From Gammaproteobacteria bacterium (GTDB lineage: Bacteria > Pseudomonadota > Gammaproteobacteria > Ga0077536), in NCBI GenBank assembly GCA_963662545.2, contig CAXXLL010000003.1:2592001-2656000 (forward strand): 64,000 nt of DNA, read 5' to 3'. Under the pieces are notes generated by a model, which did no database searches, had not been told where the DNA came from, and was given only the letters and a program-made list of their open reading frames with translations. Below are positions 22,069-32,338 of the stretch, piece after piece; positions within the stretch are counted from its first letter, which is position 1; each line of letters opens with the position of its first letter. The position numbers were made by a program, and so were the translations under genes.

Positions 22069-22171
22069 CCGGAATCTCGACGGAAACCTAGTCGAGGTCC
22101 TTAAGCCCCATGACGAGCCGGACTTTCTCAGAGAAATTCGAGAAGTCATCGTGATGAAGGATCAGATCCAT
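22069..22171 (-). pseudogene. Degenerate 103-bp duplicate of the GST gene 5' end
   Basis: Aligns without gaps to 14611-14713 and reads MDLILHHDDFSNFSEKVRLVMGLKDLD* (TGG>TAG). Confidence 0.92.
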
Positions 22172-22321
22172 TGTTTATTCAATTATGATTCCTAAACTGG
22201 GGAGGAACGCTTTCCACGAGTAAGACAACCGAGTATCTAACTTTGAGATAGGTTCTAGTTAATTGCAATATGAATGGTCAAGCTGTCAAAGCTTGGCCGT
22301 ACAAAAGCAAAAGGCTCGATC

Positions 22322-22576
22322 ATGGATTTATTTTTATGGATTGGAAGCGCAATCGGGGCGGTCCTCGGGTTGCTTCATGGTGCTTATCTCTATAGGAAGA
22401 TCACCGCGCGCGCTTCGGCCGCCGGCGCCGCGGGCATCAATGTCCGCGGCCTCTACTACGCCATATGGACCTTCGCCTTGTGGACCATTTTCGGATCCTA
22501 TGTTCTCGCTTTCTGGCTTGTCGGGAGCATCGGCAGCTTAACCGTCCGCTTGATTTCAAGGCGGAGTACGACCTGA
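22322..22576 (+). CDS. Small membrane protein, hypothetical
   Basis: MDLFLWIGSAIGAVLGLLHG..., with 2-3 hydrophobic segments. Confidence 0.6.
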   Translation: MDLFLWIGSAIGAVLGLLHGAYLYRKITARASAAGAAGINVRGLYYAIWTFALWTIFGSYVLAFWLVGSIGSLTVRLISRRSTT

Positions 22577-22633
22577 TCGCATTGTTTGCAACGGTACCCG
22601 CGCCCGATTGATAGTGATTGCGTGAACGGACGT

Positions 22634-24139
22634 ATGGATATGAAAGACATTAAGCGTGTCGGGATCATCGGGACCGGAGTCGCCGGGCTCGCCACGGCAA
22701 AAACTCTTATTGCGGAAGGGCTGGACTGCGTCCTGTTTGAGCGAAGCGATCGTCTGGGTGGCGTCTGGGCCGACGGTTATTCCAACTTCGGTGTGCAGGC
22801 GCCTAAAGAACTCTATCAATTTCCGGACTGGCCGCTGCCCGAGGACGTGCCGAACTTCACGCCGGGACCCATCTTTCAGCAATACCTAGAGGACTATGTC
22901 GACCACTTCAATTTCCGGGCTAGCATCCGTTTAAATTCGCCTGTGGCAAGCTTGGAGCGCCGAGCCACCGGTAAACCGGGCTGGACCTTGACCATAAACG
23001 GCGATGCCGGAAGCCAACGCGAAGACTTCGACCTCGTGGTGATCGCGACAGGCCTCTATTCCAACGTTGCCAATATGCCGTCCTTCCCTGGTGAGGCGGA
23101 ATATCGGGGCGTGATTCTGCACAATTCAGAGATCAAGACTCGGACCCCTCTAGCAGGGCGAAGCGTCGCGATAGTCGGATATGGAAAGAGCGCAGCCGAT
23201 ATTGCTTTCGAAGCGGCGGCGGTCGCCAAGGATGTTCACATTGTGTTTCGACAGGCCCATTGGCCGGTGCCGCGTATGCTCGCGCGTGTCCTGCCGATCA
23301 AATGGGGCTCGCTGAGCCGATTGGCGAGCACGTTTATACCACTGTATCAGCGCGCAAGCCCGGTGGAGCGATGGCTGCATAGCATCGGTAAACCCTTGGT
23401 ATGGATATTCTGGCGAATCCTCGAAATCATCATCTTCACGCAGCACCGCCTCGGGACCGAGATCGCAAACGGCAAGAACCTGCTTCCTTCGGCACCGTTT
23501 GAAATCGATGCCTTCGGCGAGTCCATCATGCTGGCGCGTCCCGAGTTCTATCCGCTGATCCGCGAAGGTCGTATATCGGCTCACCGCACGGAGATTGCCC
23601 GCTACACGCCCGACGGCGTCGCGCTCAAGGATGGCACCGAACTTACGGTTGACTGCGTCGTCCTGGCGACCGGGTGGAAAAGTGAATTCGAATACTTATC
23701 AGCCGACACGCGCGCTGCCTTGGGCACGGATGACGACGGCTTTTATCTTTACCGCCACATACTGTCCCCGGACCTGCCGAACCTGGCGTTCATTGGCCGC
23801 ACTACAAGCTTCGTCAGCGTACTCACTTACTGTCTGCAGGCGCGCTGGTTGGCCGAACTGATCGCGGGCCGGGTGGTCTTGCCGGAGCGAGAAGCCATGC
23901 TTCGGGAAATCGAAGAGATGAAGGCTTGGAAAAGATCGTGGATGCCTTTCAGCCCAGCGCGCGGTGCCCGTCTGTTTCTGCACGCACAGCATTACCACGA
24001 CGAACTAATGATGGAAATCGGGGCCGATCCACTGCGCAAGCGAGGACTGTTTGCGCCCCTGAAAGAGCTGTTCTCACCCTACGAGCCAGTTGACTACCAC
24101 GCGATCGTGGCCGGTGACTGGAATGATAGCGGGCCGTGA
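22634..24139 (+). CDS. Flavin-containing monooxygenase (FMO family)
   Basis: GIIGTGVAG, GGVW, VIATG, Y.GVILHNSE fingerprint, second Rossmann motif VGYGKSAAD, and LATGW. Confidence 0.9.
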   Translation: MDMKDIKRVGIIGTGVAGLATAKTLIAEGLDCVLFERSDRLGGVWADGYSNFGVQAPKELYQFPDWPLPEDVPNFTPGPIFQQYLEDYVDHFNFRASIRLNSPVASLERRATGKPGWTLTINGDAGSQREDFDLVVIATGLYSNVANMPSFPGEAEYRGVILHNSEIKTRTPLAGRSVAIVGYGKSAADIAFEAAAVAKDVHIVFRQAHWPVPRMLARVLPIKWGSLSRLASTFIPLYQRASPVERWLHSIGKPLVWIFWRILEIIIFTQHRLGTEIANGKNLLPSAPFEIDAFGESIMLARPEFYPLIREGRISAHRTEIARYTPDGVALKDGTELTVDCVVLATGWKSEFEYLSADTRAALGTDDDGFYLYRHILSPDLPNLAFIGRTTSFVSVLTYCLQARWLAELIAGRVVLPEREAMLREIEEMKAWKRSWMPFSPARGARLFLHAQHYHDELMMEIGADPLRKRGLFAPLKELFSPYEPVDYHAIVAGDWNDSGP

Positions 24140-24311
24140 CAACCATGCATCATTCGCGCTGATTTTTCGCCATGCTTGCCCGCCTGCCGCACGAAGGCGG
24201 TCGTGGCCACGCCTGGACGCGCCTGTCTTGCGCGGGACACCCGATGATATTTGCCACGACCTCAGCGTAGACAATGCACAACGCCTACACTAAGCCGTTC
24301 GGGAGGGGTGT

Positions 24312-27300
24312 ATGAGATTTTCTCAAGTCGTCGCGAATGCCGCTGCGTGGATTGAGCGCGAGGGGCGGGTCTCATATCGGGCGCTCAAACTCGAGTTCGA
24401 TCTTAACGATGAAGTTCTTGAAGCGCTCAAGCTCGAACTCATCGAGATAAGGGAACTCGCCGTCGACAAGGATGGCAAGATGCTCGTGTGGGCGGGTGCC
24501 ACACCCGAACGCGATGAAAACCATACTGTAAGCGGCGATGCACGCGAGCCATCCGCGCAGGCACCCCATTCCGCGTTGCATTCGCGCTCGTCGTTTATTG
24601 TTGGCGACGATCCGTATTTAGACGAAATGGACACCACGGCCGAGAGGCGCCACCTCACGGTCATGTTCTGTGATCTGGTCGGGTCGACGGCACTGTCGCA
24701 ACAGCTCGATCCGGAAGATCTGCGCAATGTCGTGCGCGCCTATCAGGAAGCCGCCGCTGAAATCATCAGCCGCGATGGTGGTTATGTCGCTCAATACCTG
24801 GGCGATGGACTGCTGGTGTATTTCGGCTATCCCCATGCCCATGAAGACGACGCGCGCCGCGCGGTCCATGCGGGGCTCGAGATTGTCGAGGCCATTAGAA
24901 AGACACGTATACCGTCCCAGGGTACAGACGAGGATCGGCACCTCGCAGTACGCATTGGTATCCATACCGGGCTCGTGGTCGTCGGCGAGATGGGTGGCGG
25001 CACCCGGCGCGAGCAACTGGCGCTCGGCGAAACCCCGAATGTCGCGGCGCGCATACAAGCCTCGGCGGCGCCGAATTCGGTGGTTGCCAGCGTCGCCACC
25101 ACGCGCTTGCTGGACCGCCTGGTCGTGCTGGAAGAACTCGGCACCCAGCAATTTGACGGCGTGGCGGAGCCGCTTGAGACATCTCGCGTGGTGCGCGTGC
25201 TCGACCAAGGTGACGACGATGACAGCAGCAACCCGGTACGTGCCGGGCAGATCCTGGTCGGACGGCACGATGAATTAGCGATATTGCTGCGGCGCTGGGA
25301 GCAGAGCAAGACCGGACGCGGGCATACGGTTTCGATCAGCGGTGAGGCCGGCACCGGTAAGACTGCCCTCGTGCGCGCTATAGCGGCGCACGTGGTCCGA
25401 GAGGGATGTACGCGCATTACCTTTCACTGTTCGCCCTATCACGCGAACAGCGCGCTCTACCCCCTCATCAAGAACTTGGAACGCATGTTCCGGTTCGAGC
25501 CAGACGAACCCGCGGATCAGAAACTGGAAAAACTCGAACGCTTGTTGGAGCGGTTCCACCGCTTCGATAACGAAGAAGTGATACCGCTGTTTGCGGATCT
25601 GTTGTCGATACCCATCGCGGACGAGCGTTATCCGCCGCTCAACTTGGGCCCCGAGCAACAGCGCCAGCGTACGCATGAAGCCCTCACGGCATGGATTGTG
25701 GGCGCGGCGAAACGCCGCCCGGTGCTGCTACTGTGGGAAGACGTACACCTGGCGGACCCCTCGACCCTGGAATTGCTCGAACTGTCGATCGAACAGACGC
25801 CGACGGTTCCCGTCTTTAACGTATTGACCTTCCGGCCGGAATTTTCGTCGCCGTGGCTGCGGCGTTCGCACGTAACTCCGATTACCCTCGACCGTCTGGA
25901 GCCGTCGCAAGTGGAGGTGATGATCACCTATCTGTCCGGCGGTAAGACTTTACCTACGCGCGTGGTGGAAGAGGTGATCAGTAAGACCGATGGCGTGCCC
26001 TTGTTCGTCGAGGAAGTGACCAAAGCGGTCTTGGAGTCAGGCTTTATCCGCGCCGTCGACGATCATTACGAACTTACGACCCCCACGTTACCATCCTTGG
26101 AGATCCCGGCGACCCTGCAGGACATACTCATGGCGCGCTTGGATCGCCGACCCGAAGTGCGTGAAGTGGCGCAGTTAGGCGCGGTGCTCGGTCGTGAATT
26201 CACCTACGAGATGCTTGCGGCGTTAACGAACGTAGACGATACGGAATTGCTCGACCGGTTGGAGCAACTAGTGGATGGGGATTTGCTCTATCAGCAAGGC
26301 AGGCCACCGCGGGCGACATACTTTTTCAGGCACGCGCTGATTCAAGACGCCGCCTATCAATCGTTGTTGCGCAGTGTGCGGCAACACTATCACCGGCAAA
26401 TCTCGGCGCTGTTCGAAAAACAGTTTCCGGATTTGGTATCGGCGCAGCCCGAAGTCGTGGCGCATCACTACACGGAGGGCGGGCGCATCGAGCAGGCTAT
26501 CCCGTACTGGCTGCAAGCCGGTGAGCGGGCTACCCAACGGTCGGACAACGCCGAAGCGGTCGGCCATCTCACCAAGGGCCTGGAAATACTCGCGACTGCG
26601 CCCGCCACGCCGCCGTACATGCAACTAGAACTCGCGCTGATAAAGGCGCTGGGGGCGCCCTTTATGATCACCAAGGGCTGGGGCTCACCGGACGTCGAGC
26701 GCGTATTCAATCGTGCGCGTGAGCTGTGTCTGCACTTAGGGGAGACGCAGCAGCTTTACGGCGTACTGGCGAGTCTGTGGGTATTTCATCTCAGCGGGAA
26801 AACGCAACTTAGCGACGCGCAGGATCTCGCGGACCAACTGCTCGAATTGGCGCGGGATGCAGACGATCCAAACCTGCTATTGCAAGGCCATCTGGCGACG
26901 GCGATTACGCGATTCTACCGCGGGGAACTGGCGGCGACGCGCGCTCATACCCGCGAGGGACTCGAGTATTACGACGTCAAGCGCGATCATTCCCTGGTGT
27001 CGGTAGCCGGGCTGGACGTGGGGGTGGTCGGGCACGCCTATGATGCGCTGAGCTTGTGGTTGGTTGGGTATCCAGACCAGGCACGCCATGCCCTTGCCAA
27101 GGGCTTGAAGCTGGCCCATGAACTGGGGCACCCCTACACCCACGCATGGGTCTTAATCATGGCAGCGATATTTCATACCCTGGAACGCGACATGGAAGCG
27201 GCGGATGCTCAGGCAGGGGCCGCTATCGCGCGCGCTACCGAGTTTGGGTTCGCGCAATTAGTAGCCTGGGGATCCATTCTGCAAGGGCTTAAACTCGCCG

Positions 27301-27800
27301 AGCAGGGACAGTATGAAAGCAGCATGGCGCAGATGACGAAAGGCCTGGAGAACTACAAAGCCTCCGGATTAGAGGTTCGACTACCCTTTTATCTCGCCCA
27401 ATTGGCCGAGGTGCACCGCCAATCGGGCGTTGAAGAAGACGGTATGGCCATATTGGACGAAGCATTGGAAATCAGCAGGCGGCGGGGCGATGCATGGTAT
27501 GAAGCAGAGCTCCATCGGCTAATGGGTGAGTTGAGCGCGCCGTCACAGGGAGCGCAGGCCACCGCCCCGGCGCGACGGAAAGCGGAAGCGTGTTTTCACA
27601 AAAGCTTGGAAATCGCGCGGCGACAAAGTGCGAAATCACTTGAACTGCGGACCGCCATAAGCCTTGCGCAGTTGTGGCAGCGTCACGACAAGCGCGTCGA
27701 AGCGCGGCAGTTGCTCTCGGATATTTACAACTCATTCAGTGAAGGCTTCGACACCAAAGATTTACAGGAGGCAAAGGCGTTGTTGGAAGAGTTAGAGTAG
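24312..27800 (+). CDS. Class III adenylate/guanylate cyclase with AAA ATPase (STAND) and TPR domains
   Basis: ERRHLTVMFCDLVGST, YLGDG, RIGIHTG and GETPNVAAR; Walker A GEAGTGKT; TDGVPLFVEE and FRHALIQDAAY; TPR C-terminus. Confidence 0.92.
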   Translation: MRFSQVVANAAAWIEREGRVSYRALKLEFDLNDEVLEALKLELIEIRELAVDKDGKMLVWAGATPERDENHTVSGDAREPSAQAPHSALHSRSSFIVGDDPYLDEMDTTAERRHLTVMFCDLVGSTALSQQLDPEDLRNVVRAYQEAAAEIISRDGGYVAQYLGDGLLVYFGYPHAHEDDARRAVHAGLEIVEAIRKTRIPSQGTDEDRHLAVRIGIHTGLVVVGEMGGGTRREQLALGETPNVAARIQASAAPNSVVASVATTRLLDRLVVLEELGTQQFDGVAEPLETSRVVRVLDQGDDDDSSNPVRAGQILVGRHDELAILLRRWEQSKTGRGHTVSISGEAGTGKTALVRAIAAHVVREGCTRITFHCSPYHANSALYPLIKNLERMFRFEPDEPADQKLEKLERLLERFHRFDNEEVIPLFADLLSIPIADERYPPLNLGPEQQRQRTHEALTAWIVGAAKRRPVLLLWEDVHLADPSTLELLELSIEQTPTVPVFNVLTFRPEFSSPWLRRSHVTPITLDRLEPSQVEVMITYLSGGKTLPTRVVEEVISKTDGVPLFVEEVTKAVLESGFIRAVDDHYELTTPTLPSLEIPATLQDILMARLDRRPEVREVAQLGAVLGREFTYEMLAALTNVDDTELLDRLEQLVDGDLLYQQGRPPRATYFFRHALIQDAAYQSLLRSVRQHYHRQISALFEKQFPDLVSAQPEVVAHHYTEGGRIEQAIPYWLQAGERATQRSDNAEAVGHLTKGLEILATAPATPPYMQLELALIKALGAPFMITKGWGSPDVERVFNRARELCLHLGETQQLYGVLASLWVFHLSGKTQLSDAQDLADQLLELARDADDPNLLLQGHLATAITRFYRGELAATRAHTREGLEYYDVKRDHSLVSVAGLDVGVVGHAYDALSLWLVGYPDQARHALAKGLKLAHELGHPYTHAWVLIMAAIFHTLERDMEAADAQAGAAIARATEFGFAQLVAWGSILQGLKLAEQGQYESSMAQMTKGLENYKASGLEVRLPFYLAQLAEVHRQSGVEEDGMAILDEALEISRRRGDAWYEAELHRLMGELSAPSQGAQATAPARRKAEACFHKSLEIARRQSAKSLELRTAISLAQLWQRHDKRVEARQLLSDIYNSFSEGFDTKDLQEAKALLEELE

Positions 27801-27948
27801 ACCTATCGCGATTGCCAATGAGTTTTAAAAAACAATATACCCAAGGCAAAAGTTTTATCCTTTGCGATCGTTGCACGGCGCGACCGGAACGAGCAACGTG
27901 ATACGCTTGGATGTCTTGAAAGAATAATATCGCCGAGAGGGAGCAACC

Positions 27949-29133
27949 ATGCCCGGGCCACTTCAAGGTATTCGCATACTCGATCTATCCAATGTCGTAT
28001 CGGGCCCGATGGCCGTGCAGATTCTTGCGGATCAAGGCGCCGATGTCATTAAAGTCGAACAACCCCACGACGGCGATATTTCCCGCCAGGCTGGCGCCCG
28101 GCGCGGCGGAGTATCGGCCCTGTTTACGGTATTGAACCGCAATAAGCGCTCGATCGTTCTTGACCTGCAACAGGCATCGGCAAAAGAAGTGATGTTCGAA
28201 TTGGTAAAGACCGCGGACGTTCTGGTCCAGAATTTCAGGCCGGGCGCGATGGAACGCATGGGTCTGGGATACAAGGTCTTATCGGAACTCAACGCCGATT
28301 TGATCTACGTTTCGATCAGCGGCTTTGGTGCAGACGGCCCGTATTCCAATCGCCGCGTCTACGATCCGGTCATTCAAGGGATCACGGGTTACGCAAGCAC
28401 GCAAACGGTTGCACGATCAGATACGCCCGATCTAGTCAAAAATATCGTATGCGACAAAGCGACCGCGCTGACTGCGTCACAGGCGATTACGGCTGCGCTG
28501 TTCGCACGCGAGCGCGGCAGCGGCGGCCAACATGTAGAAGTCGCGATGCTCGACGCCGGGCTATCTTTCCTCTGGCCGGATGGTATGTGGAACCACACTT
28601 TCATTGGCGACGGTGTCGAGCCGATGCCTCGGCTCAGTGATATCTATCGCGTAACCAAAACGATGGACGGCTACATCACCTATATAGCTGTATCCAACGT
28701 GGAATGGTGTGCGATGTGCCGGGTAATCAACCGGCAAGAGCTAGGTCTCGATCCGAAATTCGCGACGCTGGCGTCACGGCTAAAAAACATCGACGAACTC
28801 GGTAATATTCTGGACACTGAACTGAGCAAATGGCGAACGGACGAAATTTGCCGGCGATTAGACGCAGAAGAAGTCCCCTTTGCGAAGGTCAATGCCTTGG
28901 ACGAAGTGGCAGACGATCCACAGATTCGCCACCGTAACTCGATCAGGGAGATGGAGCACGAGCACGGCGGCACGCTACGGCTACCGAACCCACCTGCCAG
29001 GTTTGGGCGCACACCTTCCGAAATCCGTTTTCTATCACCGATGTTGGGGCAGCATACCGATCAAATACTCGCCGAGCTCGGCCGCTCCGACGCCGAGATT
29101 GCAAACTTACGCGCGGCCGGCGCCGTAAAATGA
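27949..29133 (+). CDS. CaiB/BaiF family (class III) CoA transferase
   Basis: GPLQGIRILDL, GADVIKVE, NRNKRS, NFRPG, ISGFG..GPY, YDPVIQ and LGQHT. Confidence 0.93.
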   Translation: MPGPLQGIRILDLSNVVSGPMAVQILADQGADVIKVEQPHDGDISRQAGARRGGVSALFTVLNRNKRSIVLDLQQASAKEVMFELVKTADVLVQNFRPGAMERMGLGYKVLSELNADLIYVSISGFGADGPYSNRRVYDPVIQGITGYASTQTVARSDTPDLVKNIVCDKATALTASQAITAALFARERGSGGQHVEVAMLDAGLSFLWPDGMWNHTFIGDGVEPMPRLSDIYRVTKTMDGYITYIAVSNVEWCAMCRVINRQELGLDPKFATLASRLKNIDELGNILDTELSKWRTDEICRRLDAEEVPFAKVNALDEVADDPQIRHRNSIREMEHEHGGTLRLPNPPARFGRTPSEIRFLSPMLGQHTDQILAELGRSDAEIANLRAAGAVK

Positions 29134-29161
29134 AGGTGAAGCGTGCCGGCTTTTGAATTTA

Positions 29162-30469
29162 TTATTTCCCTTGTTTGCGCATGTTTTGCACCGAGAATAC
29201 CGGCGGCTGATTCTGCTCGGAATTGATGATGCTGCGAAACTGCAGCGAGGTGCAGTGCTCTGACTGCTCGTCGACGAGACCCGCCATGGTTTCCACGGGC
29301 ACACCGGCGCCCTTGTTCAGCGGATGATGGAAGTCCGAATGGCTCTTGCTGATGTACTGGTACTTCCAGAACTGGCCTTTCTTATCCCAGATGTGGAGCA
29401 TGGGCATTACCATCGTTTCGGCATCGAGATAAATATCGCGATGTGACAAGGGATGGTTGTCGTCCTTCGGGCGGCCGATTAGAACGTGCATCTTACGCAG
29501 CTGCCAGGGCACGTCCGGAAAGCAATTGCCAGCGCCCTTGTTCTTCGCAAATTTGAAGCCGTCCGGCGTGTTGGGCGCCTCGGGTTCGAGTTCGATCTCG
29601 CTGTGCTTGTAAAAAGGCGCGAGCAAATTCCTGGTGCCGCCGTATTCCCAGTTATAGTCCGAGATGCGGCCGTTATAACCCTCGAAATCCTCGATCATGA
29701 TGTCGGTGCCGAGAAAGGCGTCGGTCCGCTGGCCCGTCGCCAGGCGACGGACGCGGCGTTGAAATCCCAGATAAAGCCAGGCGTCGTCGCGCCGCAGGTC
29801 GTCCTTGTAGCGGTGGATCAGAAGCTGCGTGTTCTTCAGGTCAAACGGAGCCAGCACGCGGCTGTAACCCGAACGGTAAATGCCAGCGGTATTGGTACCG
29901 AACGCCGGTTTGGGGTCGAACACCACCCGGTGCATCCAGTTCATGAAATGCCATTCAAATTTCAGCACTCTTTCGGATTTTCCTGTCTTGATGTTCCGAT
30001 AGGTCCACCAGAACGGATGAATGGTCTCGCTGTCGCCGGCGTTGAAGCCATACTGGTAATTCCACACCAGCTTGAGGCCCGCTTCTGGGTCGTCTGGATT
30101 CGGTTCCTCTGGAAAGGCGCGGCCCGCCGTGTAGCCGGTCAGCCTGCCGTGCTCGTCAAAGCCGATATTGCCGATGTTGGCGCGGCTCGCCTCGATGTAA
30201 TTCGGGTGCAATGGAAAGGGTACGGTCTCGATGACGTCGATGTCGTACCATCCTTTCTTGATAAAGCGGAACATCGCGCTGTCGAGGACGTCCTCGAACT
30301 CATCGACGTTTGTCTCGTTGATCACCATGCCCGGTTCGAGCCCGGGAAACGTCGGCACCCCGTCCCGATACGGATAGAAAGAATCTTCGAAGGCATCGGC
30401 CAGAATGGTCACGGGCGCCAGACACGTCAGTACGAAGAAGAAAACTAAAGCCAGTGAAATTTTCTGCAT
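29162..30469 (-). CDS. DUF1329 family periplasmic/outer-membrane protein
   Basis: Signal peptide, AGRAFP, WNY, DAWLYLGFQRRVRRL and WDKKGQFWK; RBS GGAGG. Confidence 0.82.
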   Translation of the reverse strand: MQKISLALVFFFVLTCLAPVTILADAFEDSFYPYRDGVPTFPGLEPGMVINETNVDEFEDVLDSAMFRFIKKGWYDIDVIETVPFPLHPNYIEASRANIGNIGFDEHGRLTGYTAGRAFPEEPNPDDPEAGLKLVWNYQYGFNAGDSETIHPFWWTYRNIKTGKSERVLKFEWHFMNWMHRVVFDPKPAFGTNTAGIYRSGYSRVLAPFDLKNTQLLIHRYKDDLRRDDAWLYLGFQRRVRRLATGQRTDAFLGTDIMIEDFEGYNGRISDYNWEYGGTRNLLAPFYKHSEIELEPEAPNTPDGFKFAKNKGAGNCFPDVPWQLRKMHVLIGRPKDDNHPLSHRDIYLDAETMVMPMLHIWDKKGQFWKYQYISKSHSDFHHPLNKGAGVPVETMAGLVDEQSEHCTSLQFRSIINSEQNQPPVFSVQNMRKQGK

Positions 30470-30536
30470 GATGCACCTCCAACCAGCATGTCGATGCCTG
30501 GACGCCATCGTGGCCTCCAGGAGGCCGACATCCATC

Positions 30537-31997
30537 CTATCTTAATGCAAATCTAGCCGTATTGACCGCAGTTTCTCCGAGTTCGCGCAGTACCTCGAGG
30601 AGGTGCTCCACGTGGCACGCTTCGGTGCGGTGATTGACGCAGCAAGCGCGTACAGCAAAACGACCCCGCACCATGGTTCCGGCGACGAAGATTCGCGCGT
30701 CTGTTTCAGTGCGTGCAAGCAATTCCCGGTTCAGTTCATCGAGTGACTGCTCGCTGACTTCATCCCCGTCCGGCCGGTATCGAAAACACACGACCGACAA
30801 TCCCGGCGACGCCATCAATTCGAAATCGTCAGCCGTCTCGATCAGGCTCGCAAGGTACTTCATGACGGTAATATTGTCTTCGATCGCATCGCGCAGGGCG
30901 TCCGCGCCGTAGGCCTTGAACGTCATCCACGTCTTCAGGGCACGGAAGCTGCGGGTCAACTGGAAGGTCGAATCCATCAGGTCAAAGCGTTCTTCGCCGT
31001 CGCCGGGTTGTTGCAGGTAGGGCGCGTCCACGCCGAACGTCGCCGTGAGTGCTTCGGCTTCACGCACGAGGATGCAGCCTACGTCCAGCGGGACGTACAG
31101 CCATTTGTGCGGGTCGAGCGCCACTGAATCGGCCCGCTCGAGTCCTCGGAAAAGGTGACCCGCGCTCGGCGTCGCCGCCGCCGGTCCGCCATAGGCAGCA
31201 TCTACGTGGAACCAAAGGGCCTCGCGCTCGCAGAGATCGGCCAGCGCATCCAGGGAATCGACCGCACCCGAATTGACCGTGCCGCCGTTGCCGACGACGC
31301 AGATCGGATGCTTTCCCGCGGCGCGATCCGCCGTCAGTATCCGGGTCAGTGAATCGAGGTCGATGGTGTCATCCTCGCCGACCGGAACCTTGCGCAACTG
31401 CTCGGTGCCCAGACCCAGCATGTCCACCGCTTTGTCCAGGCAAGAGTGTCCGGCCGCCGAGACGTACACGGTCAACGGCGGGCCGGCCGCCGCCCCCTTC
31501 ACGCGAACGTCGAAGGGCGCGCGACGCGCGCGGGCCGCGGCGAGTGCGGTGAGGTTGGCCATACTGCCGCCGCTGACGAGCGTGCCGCCCGCGTCCGCTG
31601 GATAACCGATGAATTCCGCTATCCACCGGATCACCACCCGTTCAATCTCGGTGGCCGACGCGCCCAGATGCCACTTTGCTGCCGTCTGGTTCAGCGCCGC
31701 TCCCAGCAACTCCGCGATGATGCCGGCGTGTGTGCCGCCGGACAATACGTAGGCGAAGAAATGCGGGCTTACATTCAGGGTCGCTGCACCATAGACATCC
31801 GCCGCAACTCGCTTGAGCAGCTGTTCCATATCGGCCTTGTGCCGCGGCAGCGGTTCGTCGAACGTTCGCCGGACAGCGGAAGGGGACCTCGTATGGAACG
31901 GTGGTCTGGTATTGACGTCGTCATATAACTTGGCCGCAATCTCGGCAGCTTGCTTGAGCAGCACGCGCAATTCGCCAGGCGGGTAATCGAGACTCAC
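30537..31997 (-). CDS. Group II PLP-dependent decarboxylase (aromatic L-amino acid decarboxylase-like)
   Basis: SGGSMAN, H.CLDKA, GTVNSGAVD, WFHVDAAYGG and PLP-lysine motif DPHKW. GTG at 31997 has an RBS; the ORF is open to 32039. Confidence 0.92.
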   Translation of the reverse strand: MSLDYPPGELRVLLKQAAEIAAKLYDDVNTRPPFHTRSPSAVRRTFDEPLPRHKADMEQLLKRVAADVYGAATLNVSPHFFAYVLSGGTHAGIIAELLGAALNQTAAKWHLGASATEIERVVIRWIAEFIGYPADAGGTLVSGGSMANLTALAAARARRAPFDVRVKGAAAGPPLTVYVSAAGHSCLDKAVDMLGLGTEQLRKVPVGEDDTIDLDSLTRILTADRAAGKHPICVVGNGGTVNSGAVDSLDALADLCEREALWFHVDAAYGGPAAATPSAGHLFRGLERADSVALDPHKWLYVPLDVGCILVREAEALTATFGVDAPYLQQPGDGEERFDLMDSTFQLTRSFRALKTWMTFKAYGADALRDAIEDNITVMKYLASLIETADDFELMASPGLSVVCFRYRPDGDEVSEQSLDELNRELLARTETDARIFVAGTMVRGRFAVRACCVNHRTEACHVEHLLEVLRELGETAVNTARFALR

Positions 31998-32338
31998 CGT
32001 ATTTTCCTCAGGTTGGGGACGCCGAATTATGCCGTTCATTCGGCTGCCAGGGCGTCGACATTCAGCTTACGATATTTCGCCGACACCGGTTGGTCCATGC
32101 ACGCCGGCACTTGGTCTTCATCCAATAGGCGGGCTGGGTGGCTATCGAGATCCTTGCATTGCTATACTCTCAGGACCGAAATACATAGATCTGCAGACTT
32201 CGAAAAGGGTGCGTATTTTCGCTGAAGCGGACCGGATACCAGGGTGCGCTGGCGTCCTTTTGCTGATACCCCACCATCGCTAGGGTGGACATCCGTTCAG
32301 ATCGCAACGACTAGACAACTACTGGAAAGAATCCCGTT

